A DNA stretch of 60,509 nucleotides from contig JAUCBJ010007907.1 of NCBI GenBank assembly GCA_032718475.1, positions 1 through 60,509 on the forward strand. Reading direction: 5' to 3'. Each line of letters begins with the position of its first letter. Positions within the stretch are counted from its first letter, which is position 1. The translations under genes and the position numbers were made by a program. Shown piece by piece: positions 10,175 to 21,429 of this stretch. Below the pieces are notes generated by a model. The model did no database searches. It saw only the letters and a program-made list of their open reading frames with translations, and had not been told where the DNA came from. Source of the DNA: Nemertoderma westbladi (Eukaryota; Animalia; Xenacoelomorpha).

Positions 10175-11853
10175 TGAATCGGCAATTTATGACGGTGAGA
10201 TGTTCTTCTACGTCTACTGAGACGAGATTGATTTCCTCCACCTTCAGGATCGGTGGTATCCCCTTCCTCCGATGATGTATAGCCTTGGCGTTTGGAAGTA
10301 GATCGACTCATCATCTGCATTCGACTGTCTGTTAACTGCCTACCGATGCTGTCTTGCGTCTCCTGCAGATTTTCTAACTCCAGCTGGGCGGTCTCCTCAG
10401 ACGCTCTCCGTTCTGCTTCTGCCACTGCCTCCGCCGCCTTTCTTTCCGCCTTTCTGTCTGCTTCGGCCGCTGCTTCTGCCGCCTTTCTGTCTGCTTCTGC
10501 TTTTGCCTCCGCCGCTTTTATTTCCGCTTCGGCCGCTGCTTCTGCCGCCTTTCTGTCTGCTTCTGCTTTTGCCTCCGCCGCTTTTATTTCCGCTTCGGCC
10601 GCTGCTTCTGCCGCCTTTCTTTCCGCCTTTCTGTCTGCTTCTGCTGTTGCCATTGCAGCTGCTATTGCTGCTGCCTTTTTATCTTCAATCCGCCTTTTCT
10701 TTACTTGTTCTTCTTGAGCTCTAGCTATGCGGAGACGTTCATCAAATTTAGCTTGGTCCGCAGCTATCATCTCAGTATCGATTGCGTCCAACACAAGTTG
10801 GGTTCCTTCACTATTAGGGGAAAGTCCAGACAGCCGTCTCCTCAACTCTTCGTCTCCTAGGAATCGCTGATAGTCGGACAGATAAATGTCGATAGCGTCT
10901 CTAGTTCGCGGTCTCTCTGCTGTCACTTCGCTTTCCGCTTGAGAAAGGGTGGCATTGGTTGGTTCTTCATAGGTTGGTCTCTCAGCCAGCTGGGATTTCC
11001 ACTGGGCAGTTTCTTGTACTTTGAGACTTACCCGCTGGAACCAAGTCTTGACAGCAACCTGCAGCGACGTGTCCTGTCTTCTTTTGGAAGTTTCCTCAAA
11101 GGCTGACAAGATTAGTCTAATGCATAGGGTTCTTTCGCGTACTTGATATAGCAGCTCTTCCTGCTCTTGAGGTCCTTGGGGATGTCGAAACAGTTGTTCT
11201 TCTAATCGCTCTAAGGAGCCGAAGAATCCCTGCACATATCCTGCTGCCGACCTCTTCCAAACAGCTGGATCCATCGTATCTTTAGTCACTCCCATCCTGT
11301 GTATGTCTTCCCAAGTAGCTTCGGACAAATCTAACGGGAGTCCGGGTCCGGGAAAGTTCCATTGTGACTCGACAATAGACATCAATTCTTCCCTGGCGTA
11401 TCCCGCATAACTATCTTGGGTCGCTCGCTTACTTCTCGCCCAATCGGCTTGATGTTCCTCCACCGCAATCAATATAGTAGTTAGCACTGCGGCAGGAAGG
11501 GTGAGAAGGGGATCCGAGTAGGCTGTAGCAGTTATCTGCACTCCGCGTTCGGGGGTCAGCTCTACAGTATCCGAACTACTGGAGCTATCGGATCGCTGGG
11601 AACAAGTTTCTTGACTAGGATGTCGCTGCTGTTGGACAGCTGCTTCCTGGTTCCGTTTGACTTGGGCCCGAGTGCCGATGATAGACCTACGGTGTTGGAT
11701 TAGCTTAGGGTCTGATACTACTACTGGAGGGATGACCTTTCTTTCAGTAGGAGGTGAGCTGAACTCCTTTCTTAATCGCTCCACACTCCTATCTGTGTCA
11801 CAGATGGTTGTATCGATTAGACTGTCTGACAGGTTTTGCTGGGTGTCAGACAT
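10147..11853 (-). CDS. N-terminal gag extension of element B (Ala/Glu/Lys coiled-coil repeats), separated from the next ORF by a probable 1-nt indel
   Basis: 568-aa ORF overlapping the gag-pol ORF by 28 nt. One extra A in cat aaa ttg (~10185) would fuse the two frames. Contains 66-bp repeats at ~10430-10640. Confidence 0.7.
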   Translation of the reverse strand: MSDTQQNLSDSLIDTTICDTDRSVERLRKEFSSPPTERKVIPPVVVSDPKLIQHRRSIIGTRAQVKRNQEAAVQQQRHPSQETCSQRSDSSSSSDTVELTPERGVQITATAYSDPLLTLPAAVLTTILIAVEEHQADWARSKRATQDSYAGYAREELMSIVESQWNFPGPGLPLDLSEATWEDIHRMGVTKDTMDPAVWKRSAAGYVQGFFGSLERLEEQLFRHPQGPQEQEELLYQVRERTLCIRLILSAFEETSKRRQDTSLQVAVKTWFQRVSLKVQETAQWKSQLAERPTYEEPTNATLSQAESEVTAERPRTRDAIDIYLSDYQRFLGDEELRRRLSGLSPNSEGTQLVLDAIDTEMIAADQAKFDERLRIARAQEEQVKKRRIEDKKAAAIAAAMATAEADRKAERKAAEAAAEAEIKAAEAKAEADRKAAEAAAEAEIKAAEAKAEADRKAAEAAAEADRKAERKAAEAVAEAERRASEETAQLELENLQETQDSIGRQLTDSRMQMMSRSTSKRQGYTSSEEGDTTDPEGGGNQSRLSRRRRTSHRHKLPIHCPQLLEDN

Positions 11854-11949
11854 GTTTAGCTAAACAGTTGAATGCTTACTGCTATAGTTACAGTTAAAGC
11901 AAGTCTAGTAATTCAGTATGACCGTTGGCCTAGTACCGGTAATTTATTA

Positions 11950-12210
11950 CAGTATTAGAATACCGGTATACACTTATAATATATATAAGTATTGTAAACT
12001 AGTTTTGTCACAGAGTACCGGTATATAATTTTAGCACAAATATATATAAATATATAATAGGCCTATCGTGAATACCGGTATACAGCTTACACTTATAGTA
12101 TATATAAGTATAATTATGAACTAGAATTAATTACAGAATACCGGTATGATTTCAGCTCAAATTTATAGAAATAAATATAATAAGCCTATGGTAAATACCG
12201 GTATGTCAAT
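11950..12210. repeat. Imperfect tandem duplication in the leader of element B
   Basis: Recurring (g/a)aataccggtat and acttata(a/g)tatatataagta blocks. Confidence 0.6.
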
Positions 12211-13184
12211 TATTTTAGAATAATTGAATTTCTGAAAATTTTAGGGTTACTTGGATACTTTAACTTACTTTATTACCGTTATTTAAGCAGTAGTCCAACT
12301 GATATTGAGACCTAGTTGTTGTATGGCAGGCCTACTATTTATAAATCGTTTGAGTTGATTTATAATATTTATATACCCGTTTATAATGGGTTTTGTCAAT
12401 ATTTGAAATAAATGTTATTATTTCTGGGGGAGTCACTACACAGAAGCTGTGCGCTCTCAGTGAAGTGCTACCTATGGGACACTAAAACAGATAATTCTAA
12501 TTTACCTAAGTTACTTAATACTACGAATTACTTACGATACGGGTGAGATTAAATCTCTAATTAAACACAACAAAAATATTACGTACGAAATTTTAGGGTA
12601 ATTTTACAGGAAGTCTACAAACCAGCCTAACAAAGGGTTAGAATTCTGGTTATTACAACGGACAGGGTACTACGGTATTTGAAAATAATAAGTAGTAGTA
12701 AATATATTGCACTGTCCAGATAGGAAAATACCACCGCCTGACGACCTATAGCCGTATCGCTATAGGTACTACGTTATGTATCACGGAGTGTTCCTACCTG
12801 GAAGTTAATTACTGCGGACTACCAGATCCAACGTGCCTATTAACCACTTTACAACACAAATATACTGCCTACACACTAATTACTTTCGGAAAGCACTGTA
12901 CACTAAACCCTAAATTGGGTACAAGTACTGGTACAACAAATAATCAGTAGTTAAATATACTTGAACAGTTAAAAGAACCACGGCATCTGCTGGAGTGACC
13001 GAAGCACAAAGTCACCAGCCTTTTCCTACGCCAAGCAGCCCGTGTAGTACCGGGGTTAATTTAACTATAACGGTATGTGTAACAAGCACAATTACTGTAG
13101 GAATAAACTTGGGGACATGAATGTTGCGAATAATCGCATAAACTCTGAATAATAAATATTACGCTACCCGTACAGAATACTCAA

Positions 13185-13650
13185 ACAAAATACAAACCAA
13201 ACACTGGCAGACTACCACCAAGCCTAAATAAACTACAGTATGTGCAGATTCCGAAATGGTTAGTTAGTATGCGTTCTAACACGGTAGTACGACTTATTCT
13301 TTAAGAGGGGATTGACCTTACAGCTCTGGCTGCCCCAACTTACTAACTGGCACTTTATCAGACAAACTTTGCAGCAGTCTCTTCAGACCTAATAATAGCT
13401 AGACAACAATCCAGCCTACAAAATATCTGAGTAATAACTATTACGGTACCTGAACAGACCACACAAACAAACACAGGCCAAAACGCTGGCAGAATACTGT
13501 CAAGCCTAAATAAACTACAGTATGTGCAGATTCCAAAATGGTTAGTTAGTATGCGTTCTAACACGGTAGTACGACTTATTCTTTAAGAGGGGATTGACCT
13601 TACAGCTATGGCTGCCCCAACTTACTAACTGGCACTCTATCGGACAAACT
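13185..13650. repeat. ~185-bp direct repeat, two copies ~280 bp apart, in the leader/LTR of element B
   Basis: caagcctaaataaactacagtatgtgcagattcc...ggctgccccaacttactaactggcact is near-identical at ~13219-13355 and ~13501-13637. Confidence 0.9.
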
Positions 13651-13905
13651 CCACACACGCCGTAATCTCTCCAAACCCAACAACAATCCGACAACAGTCC
13701 GGCCTACAGTTATCTGAACAATCTGAGCAGACTTACACGTCTTCAGCTCAATATTAACTTACTAGGAAATAAAACTGACAGAAATAGACCTAAGTAAAAT
13801 CCCAATAAAAACCAGGCGTCCCCGATTTAATATCGAGACCTACCGGTATATAATTATCAAAATCGAATAATACTAATGTACTTATACTGGAAGTACCGGT
13901 TAGGA

Positions 13906-14010
13906 CAGTTGGGCCTACAGACCTACAGCAGTACCGATTCTGGCAGTTGGGCCTACGGACCTACAGCAGTACCGATTCTGGCAGTTGGGCCTACGGACCT
14001 ACAGCCGTAC
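13906..14010. repeat. 38-bp tandem repeat x~3
   Basis: Unit cagttgggcctacggacctacagcagtaccgattctgg. Confidence 0.9.
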
Positions 14011-14089
14011 CGGTTCAGGTTTACCGGTCGACTGGTACTTTCAACTTTATTGCTTACTGCAATAAAGACAATAACTGTTATTATACGCG

Positions 14090-15267
14090 CTTTTGAAGAC
14101 CTTTAGCAGTTTAACCTGCCAAAATTTATATGTCTTTTGGTTTATAAATAGACTTTAGAAATTGACAAATATTTAATACCAATAAACACAACATTAGCAG
14201 AAGCCAGCCTAGTGCGCGTCCATTCACCCGCTGGATATACCCGGGAGACTGGATTCTGAGGGCTTAGATTATTATTGCAGTGTAAGCTTACTGTATTATT
14301 CGATTGATCGTTAATAAATAATTTCTGACCAATATTATTCACTTTCGGGAAATATTAACAGTTCCTTTAGGACGTGGCGCTCTATCTAGGTAAACAGAGC
14401 TATGACTTATACTAAACACAACGGTAAGTCGGTAAGGCTTATGATTCACGTATGAGGCGCATTCTTTAGGAAATGCTTAGTTATCAGTCACAATCATGCA
14501 CACTACCGGTAACACACAATACTGCACACTAATTTGCCGACCGTCAATGAATTTTATCATATATAAAGAGAACAGCAATTGACTCATGTAGTGCTTATCA
14601 AATAGCATTAAATTCACTACAAACCACAATAATATAAGTCGCAATCGCTATATGTAACCTGTCTCTCTAACCTGTAGTGTATCAAGAAAATTGGGAAATT
14701 TGGGTTCTTTATAAATGTTCTCCAAATAATATTCAACAAACTGATACAAAATATGACAACAGTAAAAAGCATTAAGACGGTAGGTTAAGATATGATATGA
14801 CAAGATTGATATGTTATGATATGAACTGATAACAGTTATACGCTCTATAATCTTAAGCCTACTAATGTTTCTTCTAAAGTCTGAAACGAATTGACTCTAG
14901 AGCCGGTGTTCCTGGCCTAGATAGAAACAACACAACAGTATCAAGAAAAACAGTAAGACTGAACACTCCTAGCACGATCGGCCAAATATCTCCACATCGA
15001 CAGGAAAAATCGCTCTGATTGGCTGTTAAGCTAAACAAAGAACCATGTGTCCAATGGCCGTTTCCATGTCAGCAACCAGCTGTTAGATGTCGTAATCTGA
15101 ATCATCAAGGCTAAGCTGTGCCAGGGTATTTTACGCATTGCGGGTTTTTTGCCTTACCATGTCCACCAAAGCACACATATCGAAGAATGACTTTTATGTC
15201 CGTTAAAACACCTATAACGGTACCTTGCGGGCGAGGGGGACTGAGTATATCCGCAAAAGCTTTTACA
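14090..15267 (-). promoter_or_regulatory. 5' LTR of element B (minimum extent; inner end not defined)
   Basis: TGT start, CCAAT box (cagccaatcagagcg ~15020), and colinear homology with 20301-21344. AATAAA on the minus strand at ~14046. Confidence 0.7.
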
Positions 15268-16578
15268 AACTGCGCTCCCACCCTCCGCCGCTGTCCCGAT
15301 AAATATTTGAGGTTGATACTGGAGTTGTATCCATTGTCAACCGCCTCAAGTATATTGGTTGTTGACGCGAATTTACTTAGACCGCACCAAAGTTTATAGT
15401 AGAATCCGCGGACTTTGATCACGTGGGGGAGCTGCAAAAGCTGCGCTCTGGAGAAATTGTGGAAAGTCGAGCAACCGTATGTGGTGGCCGGAAAGACCAC
15501 AAGGACCCAGAGTTTGAGAGCGGTTGCTATGGAAACGGAACTCATATTGACTGTCGATGCTAACCGGATACAGGAGGCAATGCCCCGCTTGTGTAAATGA
15601 GTGTAATGACCAGCTGGCGAATTTTTCGTAGTCAGTACGACGCCAAGGTAATTGAACTTGTTCACAAATTCCAATTGCTGACCTTTATATATAAGTATGT
15701 CATTAGCTGATAGTCTCCCACCCCGGCGAAATTTAATAACTTTTGTTTTTGCCAAATTGACTGTAAGGCCGTTTAAGTCGCAGTACTTTTCTAGGTTATT
15801 TAGGGCGAGTTGAACACTTTCTATAGATTCGCCGTAAATTGCTACATCGTCGGCGTATAAAATTATAAATACACCGATTCCGGCTATTACAGAGGGCAAA
15901 TCGGCAATAAACAGGCTGAAAAGTAATGGAGACAGTTTGTCTCCCTGGATAACGCCGACCATTTGGCATATCGGGTCTGTAACGAACAGTCCAATGCAGA
16001 TTCGAATGTAGTTAGTTGCTATCAGAGCCCATAGAGCGCAGATAAATGTTCGACTAACTCCAATGTCGGACAACTTTGTGCAAAGTCGCTCACGGTTTAC
16101 GGTGTCGAAGGCCTTTGAAAAGTCTATAAAAACGCAGTATATATGACCACCAGGTGACGATAAGGCCGCGTCGATGTATAAGTATATGTGTTTTATAGCC
16201 ATTAACGTTGACCTGCCAACACGGAAGCCGAATTGGGAATCAGGTAGTTTATTATTGAGTTCTGACCACGTGTATAACCGCTTAAATAGAATGGCGGTAT
16301 ATGTCTTTAGTAGACATGATAATAACGCTATTCCTCTGTATGAATCTGCTGATGCTTTTGATCCTTTGCCCTTGTATAGAGGTATAACATATGAGATTAG
16401 CCATGCAGTGGGGCAGGTTGCATAGGTGAAACAAATGGTAAATATGTTTAAAATAAACGGGAGAAGAATGCCGATACCTGATTTCAGCGCTTCGCTAGTG
16501 ATCCCGTCGGGGCCGGTAGCCTTTCGTGTTTTCTGGTTGTTTACAGCATCGGTGACCTCCGCCGCTGTGATGGGAAAT
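15268..16578 (-). mobile_element. 5'-truncated non-LTR retrotransposon RT (CR1/L2-like group), interrupted by element B
   Basis: Frame is open from ~16578: KATGPDGI, SYRGIALLS, QFGFRVGRST, FIDFSKAFDTV, GVIQGDKLSPLLF, YADD, FNYLG. Confidence 0.9.
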
Positions 16579-17119
16579 AAAATATAATAAAATATAAATA
16601 AAAATATAATAAAAATATAATAAAAGCTCTATTATCTCCAAATATTTTTTTGTGAATTGTCAACTTCAAAATCCTATTAGGCCTACTTCTACAATTTTTG
16701 AGCAATTATTTCTAACTATTTCAGAAATGACAGCCCATACATAACAATACTGGGATCTATACCACTGACTATAGATATTCAGTTACCATTCAGATACCAT
16801 AGACTATGTCATGAACACAATTAGCTCAAATTATACCAAGATCTTGTGCCTTTCTCGGCACACACGAGACACTATTTAATACAATTTAATTAAAATTAAA
16901 TTAAAATTTAAATTAAAAAGGCCCTAGTATAAATAGGTTGAGCCGCAGATTAATTAAATAGTATATTCATTTTACGGTTTTAATAACTTTGTTGTTCCAA
17001 TTCTCATTATTGTGAAATGTATTCTATTTTTTCGAGCGAATCACTTTCCTAAATTTGCGAACTTTGCTGGACGCAATAGAAATTAATTCGTCGCAAATAA
17101 AAGCTGATTACTCTCAAAA

Positions 17120-17280
17120 ATAAAACGGTAACCTGTTTCTATTGTATATGGTTTATTGTTTTAGTTAAAACAACGTGCCACTGTAACCTGTTCCTTTCCC
17201 AAATTGCAATTTTAACATTGAGACGGGATATTAATTCGCCAAGATGTGATTTGCGTCCAGTCCCCCCCCCCCGCCCCACC
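17120..17280 (+). repeat. Dispersed repeat family (inverted copy at ~51330-51545; fragments near 36500, 55190-55300 and 57610)
   Basis: Shared ctgtaacct(g/a)(t/c)tc(c/g)tttccc, ttaacattgag(a/g)cg(g/a)gatattaatt and ttgcgtccagtccccc motifs. Confidence 0.55.
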
Positions 17281-17966
17281 CATGTCTCCGTACATCAATC
17301 AATCAACATTTTAATAATTTAAGTAAAAATTGTCACTGAATTTACAATTTTGGCATCGTACTACTGTAGACATTAAAATACTGTACCTATTCCAGGTATT
17401 TATTTAGTAATAATAGCTAAAAGATACACACTTGGGATTTCCAAATAGTGAAATGCCGTTCTGGTCACATACATATATCTCTCAGTACGTTTTGCCTACA
17501 CCTTGATACAATATTATTTAACTTGTAACTAGAACGTTATTTTATGAATAACATATGTAACATAAACGTCATTTTTACATTAAGTCTTAATCTTGGACGG
17601 AATATAAAAAATTCGCACCCTTTTACTTCCCCATACCCTAACACTTCCTCCCCATACTCCTCCTATACTCAACCCGTTTCATCCTCACTCACTTCTGTTG
17701 GGCCTCACGCATGTGTACATCATGTCAATGAGATCCATCATCGTCCCACCCTCCTGTCTCAGTCAATTAGTCCCCGTCCCTGTAGCTAATTGGAAAAGGT
17801 TATATCTGACTAAAGTACGTATATTATAGTTTCTCTAATATTGATTGATTACCTACGTACATACTAATTGCACTTGTGTTAATTGCACTTAGGAATTATT
17901 TGTACTGGTTTGTCCATGCGGTGCCTTCCAGACACGTTGACATCGCCTGTAATCAGTCCTAGAGTT

Positions 17967-20300
17967 CTATATTGCTCCTCCCGCACCCTCCAGGAACCAT
18001 CTCAGTTCCTTACCCCTATCGTCGTCCTGCCTGGGTCGCTTCTTCCGTTCCTGTTTACTCTTGAGGCTACTCATCCTCACTGATACCGTCTTACCAAGCC
18101 CTGTTGTTGGTTCCTTGGGCGCGGGAGTTATTAACTCACGGTATCGCTTTGCAGGTGGTCCCACTGAGTGTCCCTCCTGTTTCCCCCTGGTAGCGTCCCA
18201 CAAGATCATTTTCATCGCATGCGGCACATGTTCCACCAGAAAATCCCTGAATCCTATCCTATTTTCTGGTGACCATCTATCCAGATATCTTTGGGTGTTG
18301 ATGACCCCTCTGTATGATGCCGCTGTCGCTACCTCCTGATACGTGAATGGTAGTCTCCTCTTGGTGATCTGCTGGTGGGCTTGTAGATTAATGTTGAAGA
18401 AGCCCCACCGGAACTCCTGGGCCTTCATCCTTTGCCGTGTCATGACTCCGACGTCGGCCCATTCCTCGAAAATGCGAAACTTCTCCTCGTCCTCCATCCA
18501 GTCACACTGGCGCTCAAAGTGCCCCCTAAACTTGCACTTCGAACACCTGTGGTGCAACCTTGGGCAAGCGCCCATCCTGTGCGTAGACTCGCGGCAGTAA
18601 AGACACGCCGTTCCCTTCTGGTAACGGTATAGACAGTTCTTTTGCTGATGGGTTAGTCTCCCACTGTAATCGCAACTGTCTATCACTGTCTCTCGCCCCA
18701 AGTCGTCCTTGGCTCCACGTAGCCTCCTGGGTCTGTGGAGCCGCTGGTAGGTAAACATCTCGACGTTGTCCTCCCTACCCATATCGACGTCCTCCTCCTC
18801 CCTCGGCATTGCTTCTCCAAACACCACCTGTGGTGCTCTCCCCGGTTGCTCGTCCAGTCGGGTCGTGTTCGCCGAGAAGTCCGTTGCCGGCTCCCCATGC
18901 TCCCAGGTTTGCTTGCCGGGTGCGTCCCAGAAGGATCTCGCCCCGCTGGCTGTCACCACTCTCCTGTCCGACTGGCTGATTCTCTCTATTGGCGGCATCG
19001 CCCCAAACTCGTCCTCCTCCTCTTCCCCCGCTGGGACCGCACCCAAACCTGGGATCCCTGCTTGATCCACTGTGTCCCTTTCCAGCCTGGTATTCGCCCA
19101 TGGCCTTCCATCTTCCACCTCCCTCGGTCTCTTCCTTCCGAAGTCACCCTCAGACCCTGCAGGCATCGGCATTCCTTGCAGCCCCGATGTAGACTGTATC
19201 GGTGTCTCTTCCATCCAACCCAGTTCGTCCCCCAGCCGAAACTCACCCGAGGTCTCCGATCCCCACCTCAACTCGTCCAAGTCTTGGGCTTCGAACTAGT
19301 ACTCCCCTCGCCTTATATCTGCCTCTCTGCCCACTGCCTCCCTTCTCTCTCTCCTGGCGACTTCCTCTAGTCTCCTCTCCTCAACTCTATCCGCCTCCTG
19401 TTTCTCCCATCGCTTATATGGTATACGGTATGTCTACCTCTCTGTCCACCAGGTGTCGGGTATTGTAATATACCGACTCGCCCTTCAGCCCCGGGTGGTT
19501 ACCTGATATATCTTTATCGCTCCCTTCCAGAAGTGATATAGCTTCCTCCTTCTCGCTCCCCATTTGAGTGAGTTTGCAAGTTCCGCTCCGTTCCACTCCA
19601 TCGGCTTGTGGCAGATGAATCCCATCAGTTGGCCCATCGCCACAGCTCCGTAATGTCCTGTGTTGTCCACCAATCCCAATCCGTCTGGTTTTGTCATAGC
19701 CATGTAGACTACTTGCATGTCCAGAAGATTCGGGGTGCCCGGTCCAAAAATCCTGTCCGCATCGCCGCGTATGGCTGATCCCACCTTGACCGTAGTCTTC
19801 AGCCTCACTAGCTCCTGCACCGCATTCGGTAACCAGTTTAACTTCGGCCCGCTCCTCTTCCCATAGGTCCCTAGGTCGAATAGAAAGATATATTCATTCG
19901 GTGCCGCTAAGTGTAGCAATATGGTTCTAGCCGATCCTCCCGACCCCCTTCTCGAGCCTTCGTCATCTAGGATCATGTATCCACCCCTCTCCACGGAATC
20001 TACAAACCTCCTCCACTCCTTCCTCAGTGGTTCCCTCGGGTACTTCGGTATCTCTAACCTAGTATCGTCCCCCTTTACAATGTAGCGAAGATGCTCGTCG
20101 ATTGTGTTGTCCAAAGACGGCATACCGTAGGTCCCAACCAGTCGTCACTTGTGCATCTCCCTAAATTAATCCTGTAGCGCATGCGCTTTGTGACCCTTCG
20201 GGAGTTGTTTGTAGTATCGCTTTATCTTGTTCTCCGGATGCCTCAGCGTGAAATCCACTAGTAACTCTTTTCTACTCTTCTCGATTTCCTCTTGTTCACA
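17967..20300 (-). pseudogene. Decayed ORF: WRN/EXD-like DEDD 3'-5' exonuclease, charged linker and CCHC zinc knuckles
   Basis: ILDDEG (ExoI), LLHLAAPNEYIFLFDL, LPNAVQELV..TVKVGSAIRGD (ExoII) and LLDMQ, then CLYCRESTHRMGAC and CSKCKFRGHFERQC. Coding frames link through scattered stops and frameshifts from 20300 to 17967. Confidence 0.75.
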
Positions 20301-21344
20301 CTTTTAGACCTTTAACAGTTTAACCTGCTAATTTAAGTGTCTTAGGAATTGACTATTGCCCGTACTAATTGACATCAGCTGAAGCCAGTCTAGCGCGGCG
20401 TATGACCCACGGGTGTGGAAGACTGGATTCTGTTATAAAGAGAGTAGTAGGCTACTTTGTATTATTCGATTGATCAATACTATATAATCTCCGACAACTA
20501 TATTTACTTTCGGGGAAATATTAACAGTTCCTTTGGGGCGTGGCGCTTTAAGTATCAAGCAGAGTTATGACTGACACTGATTACAACTAGTGGCAATGCG
20601 ATAACGCAAATGGCGCATTCTTTAGGAATGCTTTATTAACCTTCACACTAACTTTCTACACTAATATTCATACTGACACACACTGATTTGCCGACTGTGA
20701 CCGATTTTAGTCATATATAAGGAGGATTGCGACTCACATACGTTGGGGTTATGAAATAGCATTAAATTCACACAAACCACTGTAAATTGAGCCACAATTG
20801 CTACTGCTACACCCTTCTGCTTACCTCAGCAATTAAGAAAGTTAAGGGGGATTTAACGATTATTCATCAGTATTCTCCAAATATAACATCCATTAATCTA
20901 TAACAACGATTAACAATAGTATAAAACAGTATGTCAGAATGCAGTGCAGCGGTGATACAAAATGTTACGATGATGTATGAATTGAGAAATGTGCAATGTT
21001 AATAGATTTGTGTTCTTATGACTCTCTTAGGCCACTGATGTTGCGGGCAAAGTCAGAACAGTCAGAACATCAGAATGAATGAATTCTGAAGGAATGAATT
21101 CTGAGAATTTTGCCGCATTGCGTCTTTTCATATAGGCCACAGAGCATAGGGAAAGGGAGATCGCTCTGATTGGCTGAAATATGTCAACAACAAAGCAGAT
21201 TCTTCACACAAAGAAACAGCTGGTAGTTTTCGTCATCCCAGCTCTGAGTTTTTGACAGACACCTAGTTGCATAAGTTTATAGGCCTTTTAGAGCATTTAG
21301 CGCATTGCTCAAAATGACTTATTTTGTCCGCAAAAGCTTTTACA
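20301..21344 (-). mobile_element. Diverged LTR related to the element B LTR (element C, probably a truncated 3' LTR)
   Basis: Starts TGTAAAAGCTTTTGCGGA like 15267 and is preceded by purine-rich TGGGAGTGG (PPT-like). Has CCAAT and TATA (ctatatgaaaa) and many colinear blocks shared with 14090-15267. Confidence 0.75.
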
Positions 21345-21429
21345 CCACTCCCAGAAAATGGGATTTAAGTCTATAAAATATATATAAAATCACAGTTTCT
21401 AATATAAAAATACTCTAAACTATCAGTCC

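Larger units (their letters stand above)
3801..15267 (-). mobile_element. BEL/Pao LTR retrotransposon (element B): 5' LTR, long leader and gag-pol; 3' end interrupted by element A
   Basis: Domain order is Gag (three Cys/His knuckles)-PR-RT-RH-IN. It starts with TGTAAAAGC at 15267, where the LINE RT similarity stops and similarity to 21344 begins. Confidence 0.9.

Noticed and set aside
10147-10200. Programmed -1 frameshift between ORF 10147-11853 and gag-pol
   Set aside because: No X XXY YYZ slippery heptamer, and it lies upstream of the Gag core; a 1-nt deletion or sequencing error is simpler.
13061-13074. ttaactataacggt (and tatgactctctta at ~21017) resembling the LSU rRNA homing/R2 target
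   Set aside because: Only 13-14 nt with no surrounding rRNA similarity; chance match.
13190-13650. Dicistrovirus IGR-IRES-like words (TATTTAGG, GGCAGCC) on the minus strand
   Set aside because: Order and spacing do not fit, and I could not build the pseudoknots.
15111-15267. C-terminal 52 aa of the LINE RT ORF
   Set aside because: Read-through into the inserted LTR, not part of the LINE protein.
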